A stretch of 64,000 nucleotides of DNA from an uncultured delta proteobacterium (GTDB lineage: Bacteria; Desulfobacterota; Syntrophia; Syntrophales; UBA2185). The notes beneath the pieces are model-generated. The model was not told the origin of the DNA, did no database searches, and saw only the letters and a list, made by a program, of their open reading frames with translations. Of this stretch, positions 20,324 through 30,479 are shown piece after piece; the first letter of the stretch is position 1, and each line of letters begins with the position of its first letter. The DNA lies in assembly GCA_963729715.1 (NCBI GenBank), contig CAVSPA010000006.1:256001-320000 (forward strand), in the 5' to 3' direction. A program made the translations under genes and the position numbers.

Positions 20324-20641
20324 TTACTTTTATTAACTGCCATTAGTCATGTATATCACTTTACCATGAAGAAGAGCAGATCACATTAAATTTTAAAAAC
20401 AAAAGACAGGGTTATATTGGCTACCTTTTTGTTTACCGCAACACAGTATTTAATCGGGACGATGTGGAAGTGCAGCTACTTTTTTTTTGACACATAACGA
20501 ACTCCCGCTTATACTTCAACAACAAAAGAACAAGGTCTTATCAGAAAGATTAAATCAGATGCGGCTTGCTGAGAAAGAACGTTATGGGCGTAATCGATAA
20601 CAGAGAAACAGCAGGGGAAATCCGGCGACCGTTGAAGGAAA

Positions 20642-21850
20642 ATGCACAAGAAAGACAGGACAAGGGAGATGACTGAAAAAAAACGTGTGATAAGGCGTGT
20701 CGCACGTCCGGCCAGTGAACGGAAAATATCAATGAACTGCTTTGCCGCAGTACCGCGAGGAGCCGAAGAGGTCGCCGCAGCCGAGTTACAGGCTCTGGAT
20801 ATTCCAGGGGCAAGCGCAGGACGGGGTGGTGTGTCATTTGTCACCGACCATGCCGGTCTGTATCGTGCCAATCTCTGGTTGCGTACCGCCAGTCGGATAT
20901 TGGTAAATATAGCCACGTTTCCCTGTGCATCGCCTGAGGAACTATACGTCGGTGTGCACGGCATTATCTGGCATGATTTAATAACGCCTTCCATGACGCT
21001 TGCAGTGGACTGTACGTTACGGGATTCGGCTATCACTCATTCCGGATTTGTCGCTCTCAAGACCAAGGATGCTATTGTTGATCGTATTCGCAAGCATTGT
21101 GGTACTCGTCCCAGCGTGAACACATCATCACCGGATGTTCGTATAAATATTCATTTGGCAAGAAATGTCTGTAAGGTATCTTTGGATAGTTCCGGCGATG
21201 CACTTGATCGTCGTGGCTATCGTCTTGAGCGCACTGAGGCTCCCCTGCGGGAAACCTTGGCATCTGCCATTATTGCTCTGACCGGCTGGGACGGCGCAAT
21301 GCCCTTGGCTGATCCCATGTGTGGATCGGGTACCATTCCCATTGAAGCGGGATTTTTTGCAGGACGGGTGGCTCCTGGGCGTCACCGGTCATTTGGTTTC
21401 CAGCGCTGGCTGGATTTTGACGCCGGATTATGGGATCGGATTTTGGCTGATGCTGAAAAAGGTATTCAGAAGCTGCCTGAAGGGCTTATTACGGGATATG
21501 ATAGGGATAGTCGTGCGCTTGCACTGGCACGTCGCAACGTTGATGCAGCAGGGTTTAAAGGGCAGATACACTTCTTTCATTCGGCCTTGGATGAGTTTAA
21601 GCCGGAAGGTGATAAAGGAGTGGTGATAATTAACCCCCCTTACGGCAAGAGGTTGGGTGATGTTGAGAAGCTCAAGGATCTTTATCGCCAGATTGGTGAT
21701 ATAATGAAGCAGCGTTGCCGGGGATGGACAGGGTTTGCATTGACCGGGAATCTGGAACTAGCCAAACACATCGGCCTCAAGGCATCACGTCGGTTTGTGT
21801 TATTCAATGGGCCGATTGAATGCCGTCTCCTCAGGTATGAGCTGTATTAA
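20642..21850 (+). CDS. THUMP-domain RNA methyltransferase (RlmL/YpsC-like)
   Basis: APLRETLA, DPMCGSGTIPIE, INPPYGKRL. True start may be a few codons downstream. Confidence 0.9.
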   Translation: MHKKDRTREMTEKKRVIRRVARPASERKISMNCFAAVPRGAEEVAAAELQALDIPGASAGRGGVSFVTDHAGLYRANLWLRTASRILVNIATFPCASPEELYVGVHGIIWHDLITPSMTLAVDCTLRDSAITHSGFVALKTKDAIVDRIRKHCGTRPSVNTSSPDVRINIHLARNVCKVSLDSSGDALDRRGYRLERTEAPLRETLASAIIALTGWDGAMPLADPMCGSGTIPIEAGFFAGRVAPGRHRSFGFQRWLDFDAGLWDRILADAEKGIQKLPEGLITGYDRDSRALALARRNVDAAGFKGQIHFFHSALDEFKPEGDKGVVIINPPYGKRLGDVEKLKDLYRQIGDIMKQRCRGWTGFALTGNLELAKHIGLKASRRFVLFNGPIECRLLRYELY

Positions 21851-22411
21851 TACAACAAATGGCGCCTGCTTCAAGCGGGCAAAGCTGTTGTGCACATCTC
21901 CGCACCGTGATTTCTATCAAGGCTTTCTTTTTGGCTGCTTATCAAGCTGGTGTTGTGACTTTTGTTTGTGTTTTTCGGCGTTCTGTTTCTGAGCTTTTTC
22001 CTTATCTTTCTTGCCGCCCTTGTCTCCCATTCTGTCTCTCCTTTTCCTGCGTCCAAAACATCTTCTCGCAGCGTGGTTTCCGTTGCAACTACAATAGTCC
22101 CATCATTGTTAATTGTAATCTTGCACATTTTTCAAAATCCGTCAATTACCGCTTTCGGGAAGAAATATATTAACCAGTATCTTTAATAGAATATAAAAAA
22201 TGGTACTTTTCTCCACAACCGATATTTTTAATAACCTGTATCGGAGCTATTTCTGCACCGAGGGATACAAAATGGCAGAAATCTAACTTTGAATGTGGTA
22301 CAATTTCCAGGGGCAGGTCATGATGTACACTGAGTGGAAAAGATAAAAGATTATTTGGGAAGAGTCACTCTAAAATTGAAGTGTCAACTTCAAACTATAG
22401 GAAGGTAATCC

Positions 22412-23056
22412 ATGAGGCTCAAAATACCCTACTACGCCCAGAGTTCCGAATTCAGCTGTGGTCCCGCTTGTGTGCTGATGATTTTCAAGTTTTTTAACAC
22501 CCGCCTTAAGCTGAACCGCACCCTGGAGTTTGAGGTATGGCGTCAATGCAACATGATCGGGGTAAAAGGCGCAGACCCTTTCGGGATGAGTGTTCCGCTG
22601 TTAGATGCCGGCTATAATGTCCACCTGTTGACGCAACGCAGGAGTATGATCGACCATGATTTGTGGAGGAGCAGGATTCAGGAACATGGGTTGACCCCGG
22701 AAGACGAGGATTTAGCTGTTTTCGGTATTGCCGAGAACAAGAAGCGCGCTCTGGGTCGTGGCTTGACTGTGGTGTACAGCCGATTGACGGTCGGGCGGGT
22801 CGCTCAGTTCTTCTATGAAGGGTTCATCCCGATAGCATTGGTACACATGGGAGTGGTACACCAGCTGGACATACCTCATTGGGTAGTAGTGACGGATGTC
22901 GGAGATGATCACGTAGCCTTCAATGACCCTTATCCTCCCAAAGGGGGAAAGAACATTTGCGTGAGCCGGGAGGAATTCCAGCAGATGCTTGGTGATGTTG
23001 GAACTGGGTTCGGTCTGAGCCCATCGGTTATCTTTATCAGAAACTGCAACCAGTGA
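22412..23056 (+). CDS. Peptidase C39-like family protein
   Basis: PYYAQSSEFSCGPAC (Gln/Cys), PHWVVV (His), NDP (Asp). Confidence 0.85.
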   Translation: MRLKIPYYAQSSEFSCGPACVLMIFKFFNTRLKLNRTLEFEVWRQCNMIGVKGADPFGMSVPLLDAGYNVHLLTQRRSMIDHDLWRSRIQEHGLTPEDEDLAVFGIAENKKRALGRGLTVVYSRLTVGRVAQFFYEGFIPIALVHMGVVHQLDIPHWVVVTDVGDDHVAFNDPYPPKGGKNICVSREEFQQMLGDVGTGFGLSPSVIFIRNCNQ

Positions 23057-23098
23057 AGGAACCGAACTTTGCAAATACAAAAAGATAAAGCCGAGCCT

Positions 23099-24010
23099 TT
23101 AAGATTTTATCGTAAGGCAGTAAGACTTTAGCATCTCAACGGGATGATAGGATTTCTTCGATTGGGCCAGGGTGGCAAGGCCCATATCGCTCTCTTTGTT
23201 CATAAACATATATCCATGGAAGAGTTCCTTAGCACACTCATTGTCCAGAAACTGGTAAAGACCTTTGATATAGGGATAGGCCTTTTCAAAATTGAGGATG
23301 CCCATATCCTGCGTTAAATGGGACATGATGGCAAAGGCGCAGATCTCACCGTCTATCCGGACGCACAACCCTCGCCAGTCCAGCTCTTCCATGGTATGGA
23401 GAGCCTCAATAACTGCCGCTTTCTCACAGGCCATATTTTCCTTCTGCTCTTTGTCACATTCCTGCAGATCACACCATTTTTCAAGAAAGTCGAGACACGG
23501 GGAAACATCTTTTTCTGTGATCATCCCCGTGGCCACTCGCTTGTCATCAACATATACACGTGTAAACTGGTGAATCAGATTCCGTTTTTTTGCGTATCGA
23601 TTTCCCTTGAGTTCGACAAGATCCTGGGTGAGATAGAGATAGTCCTCATACTCTTTCTGCTCAGTGATATTGAAATAAGGATCGAAGGCGCTGTCTCCCA
23701 CCTCTTGCAAATAATCCTCAGGAACGAAACATATCCGCGCACATCCCATCGTCATGACGAGTTCTTTCAGGGCAACGGGTGTAGGCCGACCATGCCCACC
23801 GACGGGCAGAATCATGTATCCTTTGTCGTCATTGTCCCTGATTTTCTTGGTCACGACGACCACCTCGCCATGGACAATCTCGTAATAAGATTCGAAGCAG
23901 TAGCCGTTCCAGGCAATGATCGAAGGCAGGGAATAGGTGCTGAGGCGGTGCGGCTGACGTTCAAAGAAGCTCTTCAACAACGGATAGTCTTTTTTGGATA
24001 GTGGCTTCAT
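23099..24010 (-). CDS. DUF2156 / aminoacyl-PG synthase C-terminal-like domain protein
   Basis: DYLY...LVELKGNRYAKKRNLIHQF, FEKA...GLYQ, NKESDMG...KKSYHP. Confidence 0.85.
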   Translation of the reverse strand: MKPLSKKDYPLLKSFFERQPHRLSTYSLPSIIAWNGYCFESYYEIVHGEVVVVTKKIRDNDDKGYMILPVGGHGRPTPVALKELVMTMGCARICFVPEDYLQEVGDSAFDPYFNITEQKEYEDYLYLTQDLVELKGNRYAKKRNLIHQFTRVYVDDKRVATGMITEKDVSPCLDFLEKWCDLQECDKEQKENMACEKAAVIEALHTMEELDWRGLCVRIDGEICAFAIMSHLTQDMGILNFEKAYPYIKGLYQFLDNECAKELFHGYMFMNKESDMGLATLAQSKKSYHPVEMLKSYCLTIKS

Positions 24011-24441
24011 CGCTTAGAATCAATCTTTAGCAGCATCGGCAGAGAAAAGGGCATTTCCTCAAATCCAATTTTTCGGTAGAAGGAATGGGTGCGATTTTGA
24101 GCGATCAAACCGATCCACCGCATGTTGTCATTAGAGAGACGGCCCACGATTTTTTCGACAATCTTTGTTCCGATCCCCTGATGTCGAAGTCGGGGAAAAA
24201 CGGTCACATCGTGAATATAGGCGTCATTCACACGATCGCTGATTGCCCGACCCATCCCCACAATCTCGTTTCCGTCTCTGACGGTCAGAAAGCAGTGACT
24301 CCCCGAAACGATGCGACGGATCAGTTCGTGATCTCCGTTATCCCGCTCATCCCACCAGCCCGCTTCCCGGTATAAGACCGTGATCTGCTCGATTTCCCCA
24401 GGATTGGGGTCGGTTATGAACTGATATTTATGCGTTATCAT
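24007..24441 (-). CDS. GNAT N-acetyltransferase
   Basis: VGMGRAISD...AYIHDVTV...RHQGIG...FYRKIGF. Stop overlaps the DUF2156 start. Confidence 0.9.
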   Translation of the reverse strand: MITHKYQFITDPNPGEIEQITVLYREAGWWDERDNGDHELIRRIVSGSHCFLTVRDGNEIVGMGRAISDRVNDAYIHDVTVFPRLRHQGIGTKIVEKIVGRLSNDNMRWIGLIAQNRTHSFYRKIGFEEMPFSLPMLLKIDSKR

Positions 24442-24664
24442 GTTGATAATGGTCGATGTACATCTTCCAGACGGCAAATAGCAGAGAGGTGATAACCGGA
24501 CATAGGACGATATGTGGCTACCATGGCAAAGCGCCATGACGACTAAGCATTAATCCGTCTGCCTTTTATAAAAAACTATCAAACATGAATAAATAAATCA
24601 AGGTTAACGTTAAGGTCACCGAGACCATCTTCATCGTGGACCTCCCCATGTCATTCCCGACGTG

Positions 24665-26000
24665 GAGACTGTGTCGTAATTAGGTAAATGCATAATCAAG
24701 CTCTTTGACAAAAAGATATCAGGTTTAGGAGAAAAAGCTGTAACACAAGCCACATTGATATGATAGAGTTTTTCCGAAAGGAGAAACAGCATGGCATATC
24801 GAAGTGGCGATCGTCAGCAGATGAGTTTACTTCCCCAGAGCATTGAAGAATATGTGGCTGAGGATGATCCTGTCAGGGCCTATGACGCCTTTGTTGAAGC
24901 TGTTGATTTCCATGAACCGGGAATCAATATCAATCCGTACAAGGTAGGCCATGCCGAATACGATCCCCGGTCAATGCTCAAGCTGCTTGTATATGGCTAT
25001 TCGTACGGCGTGAAGAGTTCCCGTAAGCTGGAGAGGGAGTGTTACCATAACATAGCCTTTATCTGGCTCATGGGCGGTTTGAAACCTGACCATAAGACGA
25101 TAGCGGAGTTCCGGCGCCGGAACAAGAAAGCGTTGAAAAAGGTTTTACGACACTGTGCCCAGGTATGCATCAAACTGGAACTGATCGCCGGCAATGTTCT
25201 GTTTGTTGACGGCACGAAGATTAGGGCAAATGCCGGACGTAATCGCACTTATGACCGAACCTATTATGAAAAGCTTCTGGCTAACCTTGACAGCCGTATT
25301 GAGCAGTTGCTCGCCGATTGTGAGACTACCGACAAGTCAGAGGAAGGCACATCCTCTGAGGTTGCGATGGACAAAGAGTTGGCTAAGAATCAGAATTTGA
25401 AAGAGCGGATCAAGGAGGCCCTTAAATCTTTTGCATCAAGCGATAGGAAGCAAGTCAATCAGACTGATCCTGATTGCGCCATGATGCACAGTGTTCAGGG
25501 CAGTCATGCCGGTTATAATGTCCAGAGCGTAGTGGATGATGAACACGGCCTTATCGTTCAGGCAGAAGCGGTAAGCGACGCCAACGATGTACGGCAGTTT
25601 GCCCGGCAGATCGATCAGGCCAATGAACTGTTGGAGGCGCCCTGCAAAGTGGCGTGCGCCGATGCCGGATATAGGGATACCGTTGAATTGGAGAAGATTG
25701 ATCAACAGGAGATAAAGGTTATTGTTCCATCACAGCGGCAAGCATTACACGAGGCAGAAAGTCCATTCAGCAAGAGCCATTTTACCTATGATAAAGAGAT
25801 GGATTGCTATATATGCCCGGAAGGACACAGATTGCTTTATAGTTTTACCAATAAGAGAAAAGGCAAGCGGCAATATCGGACGGATATGAGTTGACAGCGC
25901 CTGAAATCTTTTCATGTTACAGCGCGTGACGATTTCCTAATATTTTTTTGTCAAAGAGCGCTTATGTTACAAAGGGCCTAATCTATTATGACACAGTCTC
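24665..26000 (+). mobile_element. IS1182-family element, internally deleted
   Basis: 16-bp terminal inverted repeats GAGACTGTGTCGTAAT (24665) and ATTATGACACAGTCTC (25985-26000). Subterminal inverted GCTCTTTGACAAAAA copies near 24700 and 25945. Confidence 0.85.
24791..25894 (+). pseudogene. IS1182-family transposase lacking its C-terminal region
   Basis: YDPRSMLKLLVYGY, SSRKLE, PDHKTIAEFR, VDGTKIRANA, TDPD, ADAGY, YICPEG. Ends before the expected R..VE..F...K segment. Confidence 0.75.
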
Positions 26001-26298
26001 TTGATCGGGAATCCAGTCCACCTGTTGTCATTTCGACTCCCTCGCTTCACTCGGGATAAACTCCGGGAGAAATCCTTGTCCCGACCGAAGAGAGAGATCT
26101 TCTATATTCCTCACATTAGTTCAGAGTTACCAGATTCCAATTTTTATGTCCGCCCCCTTTGTCAAAGGGGGCAATGGGTGATTTCCCTCTGCATACCAAA
26201 AATAACTTGATTTTTTATTGGCCATCGTTATTGTTGATGAACAGATATATGGATAAGAACTAATTGCAAATATTAATTGTCAAAGCCCTCATATACAA

Positions 26299-26703
26299 AT
26301 GATAGAGTCGGTCAGTCACATTACATTCATAGTCAAGGATGTTGAAAAGATGGCCCATTTCCTTAGCACGATTTTTGAGGCAGAGGAGGTTTATGACAGT
26401 GCCGGTAAGACCTTTTCAATCTCCTATGAAAAGTTCTTCATCATCGGGGGCACTTGGATAGCAATTATGGAAGGTGAGCCACTATCAGAACGTTCTTATA
26501 ACCGTGTTGCATTTAAGGTGTCTGACTCTGAATTTGATGAATACGTATCAAGGATAAAGCAACTTGGCCTGGAAGTGAAATCCGGGCGTGATCGTGTTGA
26601 AGGTGAGTCTCGGTCTATATACTTTTATGACTACGATAACCATCTCTTTGAGTTGCACACCGGAACACTTCAAAATAGATTGTTGAGATATTCCCAAGGG
26701 TAA
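26299..26703 (+). CDS. fosX: FosX/FosE/FosI-family fosfomycin hydrolase (VOC fold)
   Basis: SHITFIVKD, EKFF, WIAIMEG and RSIYFYDYDNHLFELH, colinear with Listeria FosX as I recall it. Confidence 0.9.
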   Translation: MIESVSHITFIVKDVEKMAHFLSTIFEAEEVYDSAGKTFSISYEKFFIIGGTWIAIMEGEPLSERSYNRVAFKVSDSEFDEYVSRIKQLGLEVKSGRDRVEGESRSIYFYDYDNHLFELHTGTLQNRLLRYSQG

Positions 26704-26792
26704 AGCTCTAAGCAGCTAATCCGCCGGTGATCAACGCGTTAGAGCCACTCAACAAACAGTAATTTTGTTCATCGCTCTTCAGAAGGGAGAAT

Positions 26793-27215
26793 ATGGAGAT
26801 CTTCAATAAAAGCAAGTCGCGAAATACCGGCAAATTAGAAATCCTCACTTCGCATATGCTAATTAGCCCGCAGAACTCATCAACCAAGAATCTGTCTATC
26901 CAAATTTCCACGATACCCAAAGGATCTGAGCAGCCAATTCATGCGCATGATCCGGAGCAGTGTTACTATATAATCAAGGGAAGAGGTCTCATGATTATTG
27001 AAGACGACACCGGGGAAGTGACGTCAGGAGATGCAATTTATATCCCCTCAAATAAAAAGCATGGGATCAAAAACACCGGAGATATGGCTTTAGAGTATTT
27101 AACAGCAAACTCACCGGTCTTCAGCAAAGATTACGAAGACTCTCTTTGGCCGGCAGATAGTTGTACGAGTTGGAAATTTAAAGCACAACACAAATCGAAC
27201 CCGAAGATTCTATGA
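26793..27215 (+). CDS. Cupin-domain protein
   Basis: HAHDPEQCYYIIKGRG and GDAIYIPSNKKHGIKN motifs. Confidence 0.88.
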   Translation: MEIFNKSKSRNTGKLEILTSHMLISPQNSSTKNLSIQISTIPKGSEQPIHAHDPEQCYYIIKGRGLMIIEDDTGEVTSGDAIYIPSNKKHGIKNTGDMALEYLTANSPVFSKDYEDSLWPADSCTSWKFKAQHKSNPKIL

Positions 27216-28051
27216 TCGAGAATCATTCCACAGGTAAATTCATCTCCATAGACAACCTGCAGCTACATTATCTTGAGTGGGGGAATAGGCACGCTCAGAC
27301 CATGGTTCTACTTCACGGTATCGGCGACAATGCCCACATCTGGGACCACTTTGCACGGAATGCCGCTCATCACCTGAGAATTATTGCCCTGGATCAGAGA
27401 GGCCACGGTCTCAGCGACTGGGCTGTTCCACCGGCATATCGCTGTGAGGATTACGTAGCCGATTTGGACAAAGTAATCCAAGGTCTTCAGCTAACAGGGA
27501 TAATCCTGATGGGGCACTCGATGGGAGCCTTGCATGCAACCCGCTACGCTTCCTTGCGACCCGAAAACGTGTCCGCTCTCATTCATGCCGATATTGAACC
27601 ATGTCCGCCCGAGTGGAATAAGAAATATCTTCTCAACCTCTATGAAGAACAACCTGCCTTTTACGAAACGGTTGATCAATATGTCAGCGAGATCCGGAAG
27701 AACAGCCCCTATGCCGAACAGAAAATGCTTTACGATATTGCCTCACATGCTCTTGTGCAGGGAAAAGACGGCAAGTTCCGTTGCCGGTTTGATCGAGAGG
27801 CCCTCTCTCATTTTGATAATTATGATTTGCGACCCTACCTCCGGGATATACAATGCTCCTCTCTTGTCATCCGCGGTAAAGAAAGCCGGGTGATGAGCGC
27901 GCAGATTGCGAGAGAAATAAGTCATACGATCCGCCAGTGTACTTTTGCAGAAATAGAGAAAGCTGCCCACCCTGTCCTCACCGATAATCCAACTGAATTA
28001 TTGCGGGTAATAACCAATTTTTTAGGTGAACGGTTCATTCGAGATCAATAA
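27212..28051 (+). CDS. Alpha/beta hydrolase
   Basis: LLHG, DQRGHGLS, GHSMG nucleophile elbow, C-terminal His. Confidence 0.92.
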   Translation: MIENHSTGKFISIDNLQLHYLEWGNRHAQTMVLLHGIGDNAHIWDHFARNAAHHLRIIALDQRGHGLSDWAVPPAYRCEDYVADLDKVIQGLQLTGIILMGHSMGALHATRYASLRPENVSALIHADIEPCPPEWNKKYLLNLYEEQPAFYETVDQYVSEIRKNSPYAEQKMLYDIASHALVQGKDGKFRCRFDREALSHFDNYDLRPYLRDIQCSSLVIRGKESRVMSAQIAREISHTIRQCTFAEIEKAAHPVLTDNPTELLRVITNFLGERFIRDQ

Positions 28052-28290
28052 TTACGACGCGCTTAGTTCTTCCCGTAGGTCACAATCCGGCAAACCCCCA
28101 TGTCTCGCCCGATAAGAACATTCGGGGACAGGCTCCGGCAGGAATCCAGTATACTCCCGGGCTTTCAGTTTTCGGTTTGGTCGGCTGAGTCGTAGAAGAG
28201 CCGTCCGTCTCGACTGCAACGCTTTTGTTTTCATGACGCTCTTGTGATGAAAAGATGACGGTTATATTTTTGTTTAAGGATGTATGCCCG

Positions 28291-29067
28291 TCAGATGCCG
28301 GCATACCACTCGTATCCATGATCTTCCCAGTAACCCCCTTTTCCCCCGGCTATCCTGGAAAGATCTTCGACGATTTCGAGGCGCATGACATACTTCGCCA
28401 TTTTGTAGCCGAGCTGCCGCTCCAATCGCAAGCGCAGCGGTGCGCCGTTCTGGATTGGCAACGGTCTGCCATTCAGTTCATAAGCGAGTAGCGTCTGCGG
28501 GTGAAAAGCGTCTTCCATGTCGATGCTCTCGTAATAGGGGGAGTTGCCGTCTTCTTCCATCGGGTCTGCGCAGTAGAAGACGACATAACGAGCATTGGGC
28601 TTCAGATGTACTGATTCGAGCAGCGCACTGAGGCGTGCCCCTTTCCACATGCCTATCGCGCTCCACCCCTCAACGCAATCATGGCGCGTTATCTGGGTGC
28701 GACTGGGAAGCTTTCGCAGGTCGGCAAGCGAAAAAGTCATGGGCCGTTCAACTAGACCGCCTACCGAGAGGCGATAGTCCTTAAATCCTCTGTCCGCCAT
28801 GGCCGCGTATGCTGGATTATCCGGTATCGATGTCCCGTTGCTGCGGAATTGCGGTGACAGATCGGCTTCTGTGAATTCCTGCGCCATCGCTTTGCGCGGC
28901 AGGATCATCCTTTGAACTCTATATGTAGCCTTTTCGCCGAGACCCAACACCTTGGGGAACCAGGTGGTTTCCGAAAGTTTTTCGCAGCCGCTAAGCGCTA
29001 TGAGGCTTGCGCCGGCAAGAAGGCGCGTCATGAGACTGCGCCGTGTGAGCTTGTTATCATTACTCAT
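28291..29067 (-). CDS. Sulfite-oxidase-family molybdoenzyme (MsrP/YedY-like) with Tat/lipoprotein signal
   Basis: LTRRSLM...LSGC, RHDCVEGWS, NGAPLRL, LGYKMAKY, GGYWED. Confidence 0.88.
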   Translation of the reverse strand: MSNDNKLTRRSLMTRLLAGASLIALSGCEKLSETTWFPKVLGLGEKATYRVQRMILPRKAMAQEFTEADLSPQFRSNGTSIPDNPAYAAMADRGFKDYRLSVGGLVERPMTFSLADLRKLPSRTQITRHDCVEGWSAIGMWKGARLSALLESVHLKPNARYVVFYCADPMEEDGNSPYYESIDMEDAFHPQTLLAYELNGRPLPIQNGAPLRLRLERQLGYKMAKYVMRLEIVEDLSRIAGGKGGYWEDHGYEWYAGI

Positions 29068-30085
29068 GATCCGCCTCCGATTTGACCATGTAGTATCCCG
29101 TAATCATCGAGCGGACATTATTCCAGAAGCCAGTGATGATTACCATAAACACGTGAATGAACAAGAACAGCACCAGCGCCCAGGCGACAATGAAATGGAT
29201 CGTCCTTATGGATTGCCGGCCGGAAAAGATATCAACCCAGCCGGAGGATAATGCGTTCATTGCCGGCGACATGCCGAGCCCCATCATGATCATCAGGGGG
29301 AGAAGAAAAAAGATCACCGCCAAATAGGCGCATTTCTGCAGCACGTTGTAGTTCTTGGCCGCCTCGCCTCTCGGATGTCGAAAGAGAAGGTGATCGATAA
29401 GCGTTCTGCCTATCGAACGCCAATCCTGCCTCGTGGGAACAAGGTCACGGTGCAAATGCCTGCTCACAATGGAGTAAGTCAGAAAGGCGATGCCGTTTAT
29501 CACGAACAGCCAGGCGATAGAAAAGTGCCAGCGCCGTGCCATGGAAAGCCAGCGATTATCGGGTATGGTAAGCCAGGAGGGAAAGCTGCGCTCGGTCAAT
29601 TCTCCCTCCGAGTTCCTGGAGGCGCCGAGGAATCCGGTCGTATTGAATTCATGGCCTAAGATGCGGGTGACGCCGCGGGAGATGTCTCCTTCATCGTCTT
29701 CTACGCCCCGCAGCTCCAATACGGGGGGAGCGCCGTTGTAAGACTGCTTGCCCCAGTAGAGGGCAGGATGCGCGTCGAAAATATTGAGACCGCTCATCAG
29801 GAGTGCGGCAAGCAAGACGACATTGCTCCAGTGCATAATGCGGACAGGCAACGAATGCCTGTAATACGGATATCCACTCGAAATGGCGCGGCACAAGTTT
29901 TTCCATAATGTCCTTAGCCAACCACTCACGAGGTGTGCGGCGCGCAACACGGCATTGTGCAAGTGTATGATGAGCACGGACAACGAACGCCGGCAATACG
30001 AAAATCCACTCGAAGCAGTGCGACTAACTTTTTCAATTATTTTTCTCAGCCGGCCGTATACTGTTTCGTTTATTCGTCCCGCCAT
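29060..30085 (-). CDS. Membrane cytochrome b (PhsC/YdhU-like) partner
   Basis: RIMHW, RRWHF, YNVLQK, RTIHF, IHV heme-ligand His pattern; ends RSMITG. Confidence 0.85.
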   Translation of the reverse strand: MAGRINETVYGRLRKIIEKVSRTASSGFSYCRRSLSVLIIHLHNAVLRAAHLVSGWLRTLWKNLCRAISSGYPYYRHSLPVRIMHWSNVVLLAALLMSGLNIFDAHPALYWGKQSYNGAPPVLELRGVEDDEGDISRGVTRILGHEFNTTGFLGASRNSEGELTERSFPSWLTIPDNRWLSMARRWHFSIAWLFVINGIAFLTYSIVSRHLHRDLVPTRQDWRSIGRTLIDHLLFRHPRGEAAKNYNVLQKCAYLAVIFFLLPLMIMMGLGMSPAMNALSSGWVDIFSGRQSIRTIHFIVAWALVLFLFIHVFMVIITGFWNNVRSMITGYYMVKSEADHE

Positions 30086-30479
30086 GGTGTATCGCTTTCA
30101 GGATCCCGTAGGAGATTCTTATACGATATTTCTTATTGACGATCTAATTTTAAGACAAGAGTATCTGTTTTGCCAGAACTTTGTGGCCCGTCAAAGAAAG
30201 TCTTATTTTTGTTGCGTATAGCACCTACTATGCTTCTACCCTCATCGAAGAAATAGGAGGATTACGAATCAAGTTAAATAATCTGACACTACCTTACCGA
30301 TTATGAGTTAAAATGCAGAGCATTTGCCAAGAATAGCAATTTGTGGAGGAAGGACTCTCGCCAATCCACTATTCACTGATTACCTAGTTAAGGCATAAAC
30401 GAAGGGGGAGAATATATTTTGACAATCAGCGGATGGTCGTTAAATTAAGTGCATATTATTCAGATTTAAGGAGGATAAA

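Noticed and set aside
21859..22186. Overlapping short ORFs after the methyltransferase
   Set aside because: No recognisable motif or convincing RBS. The 85-aa minus-strand ORF cannot be excluded but is unsupported.
28051..28195. Partial matches to the IS1182 TIR (ATTACGAC, GTCGTAG) as a MITE
   Set aside because: The matches are short and face outward, and there is no target duplication.
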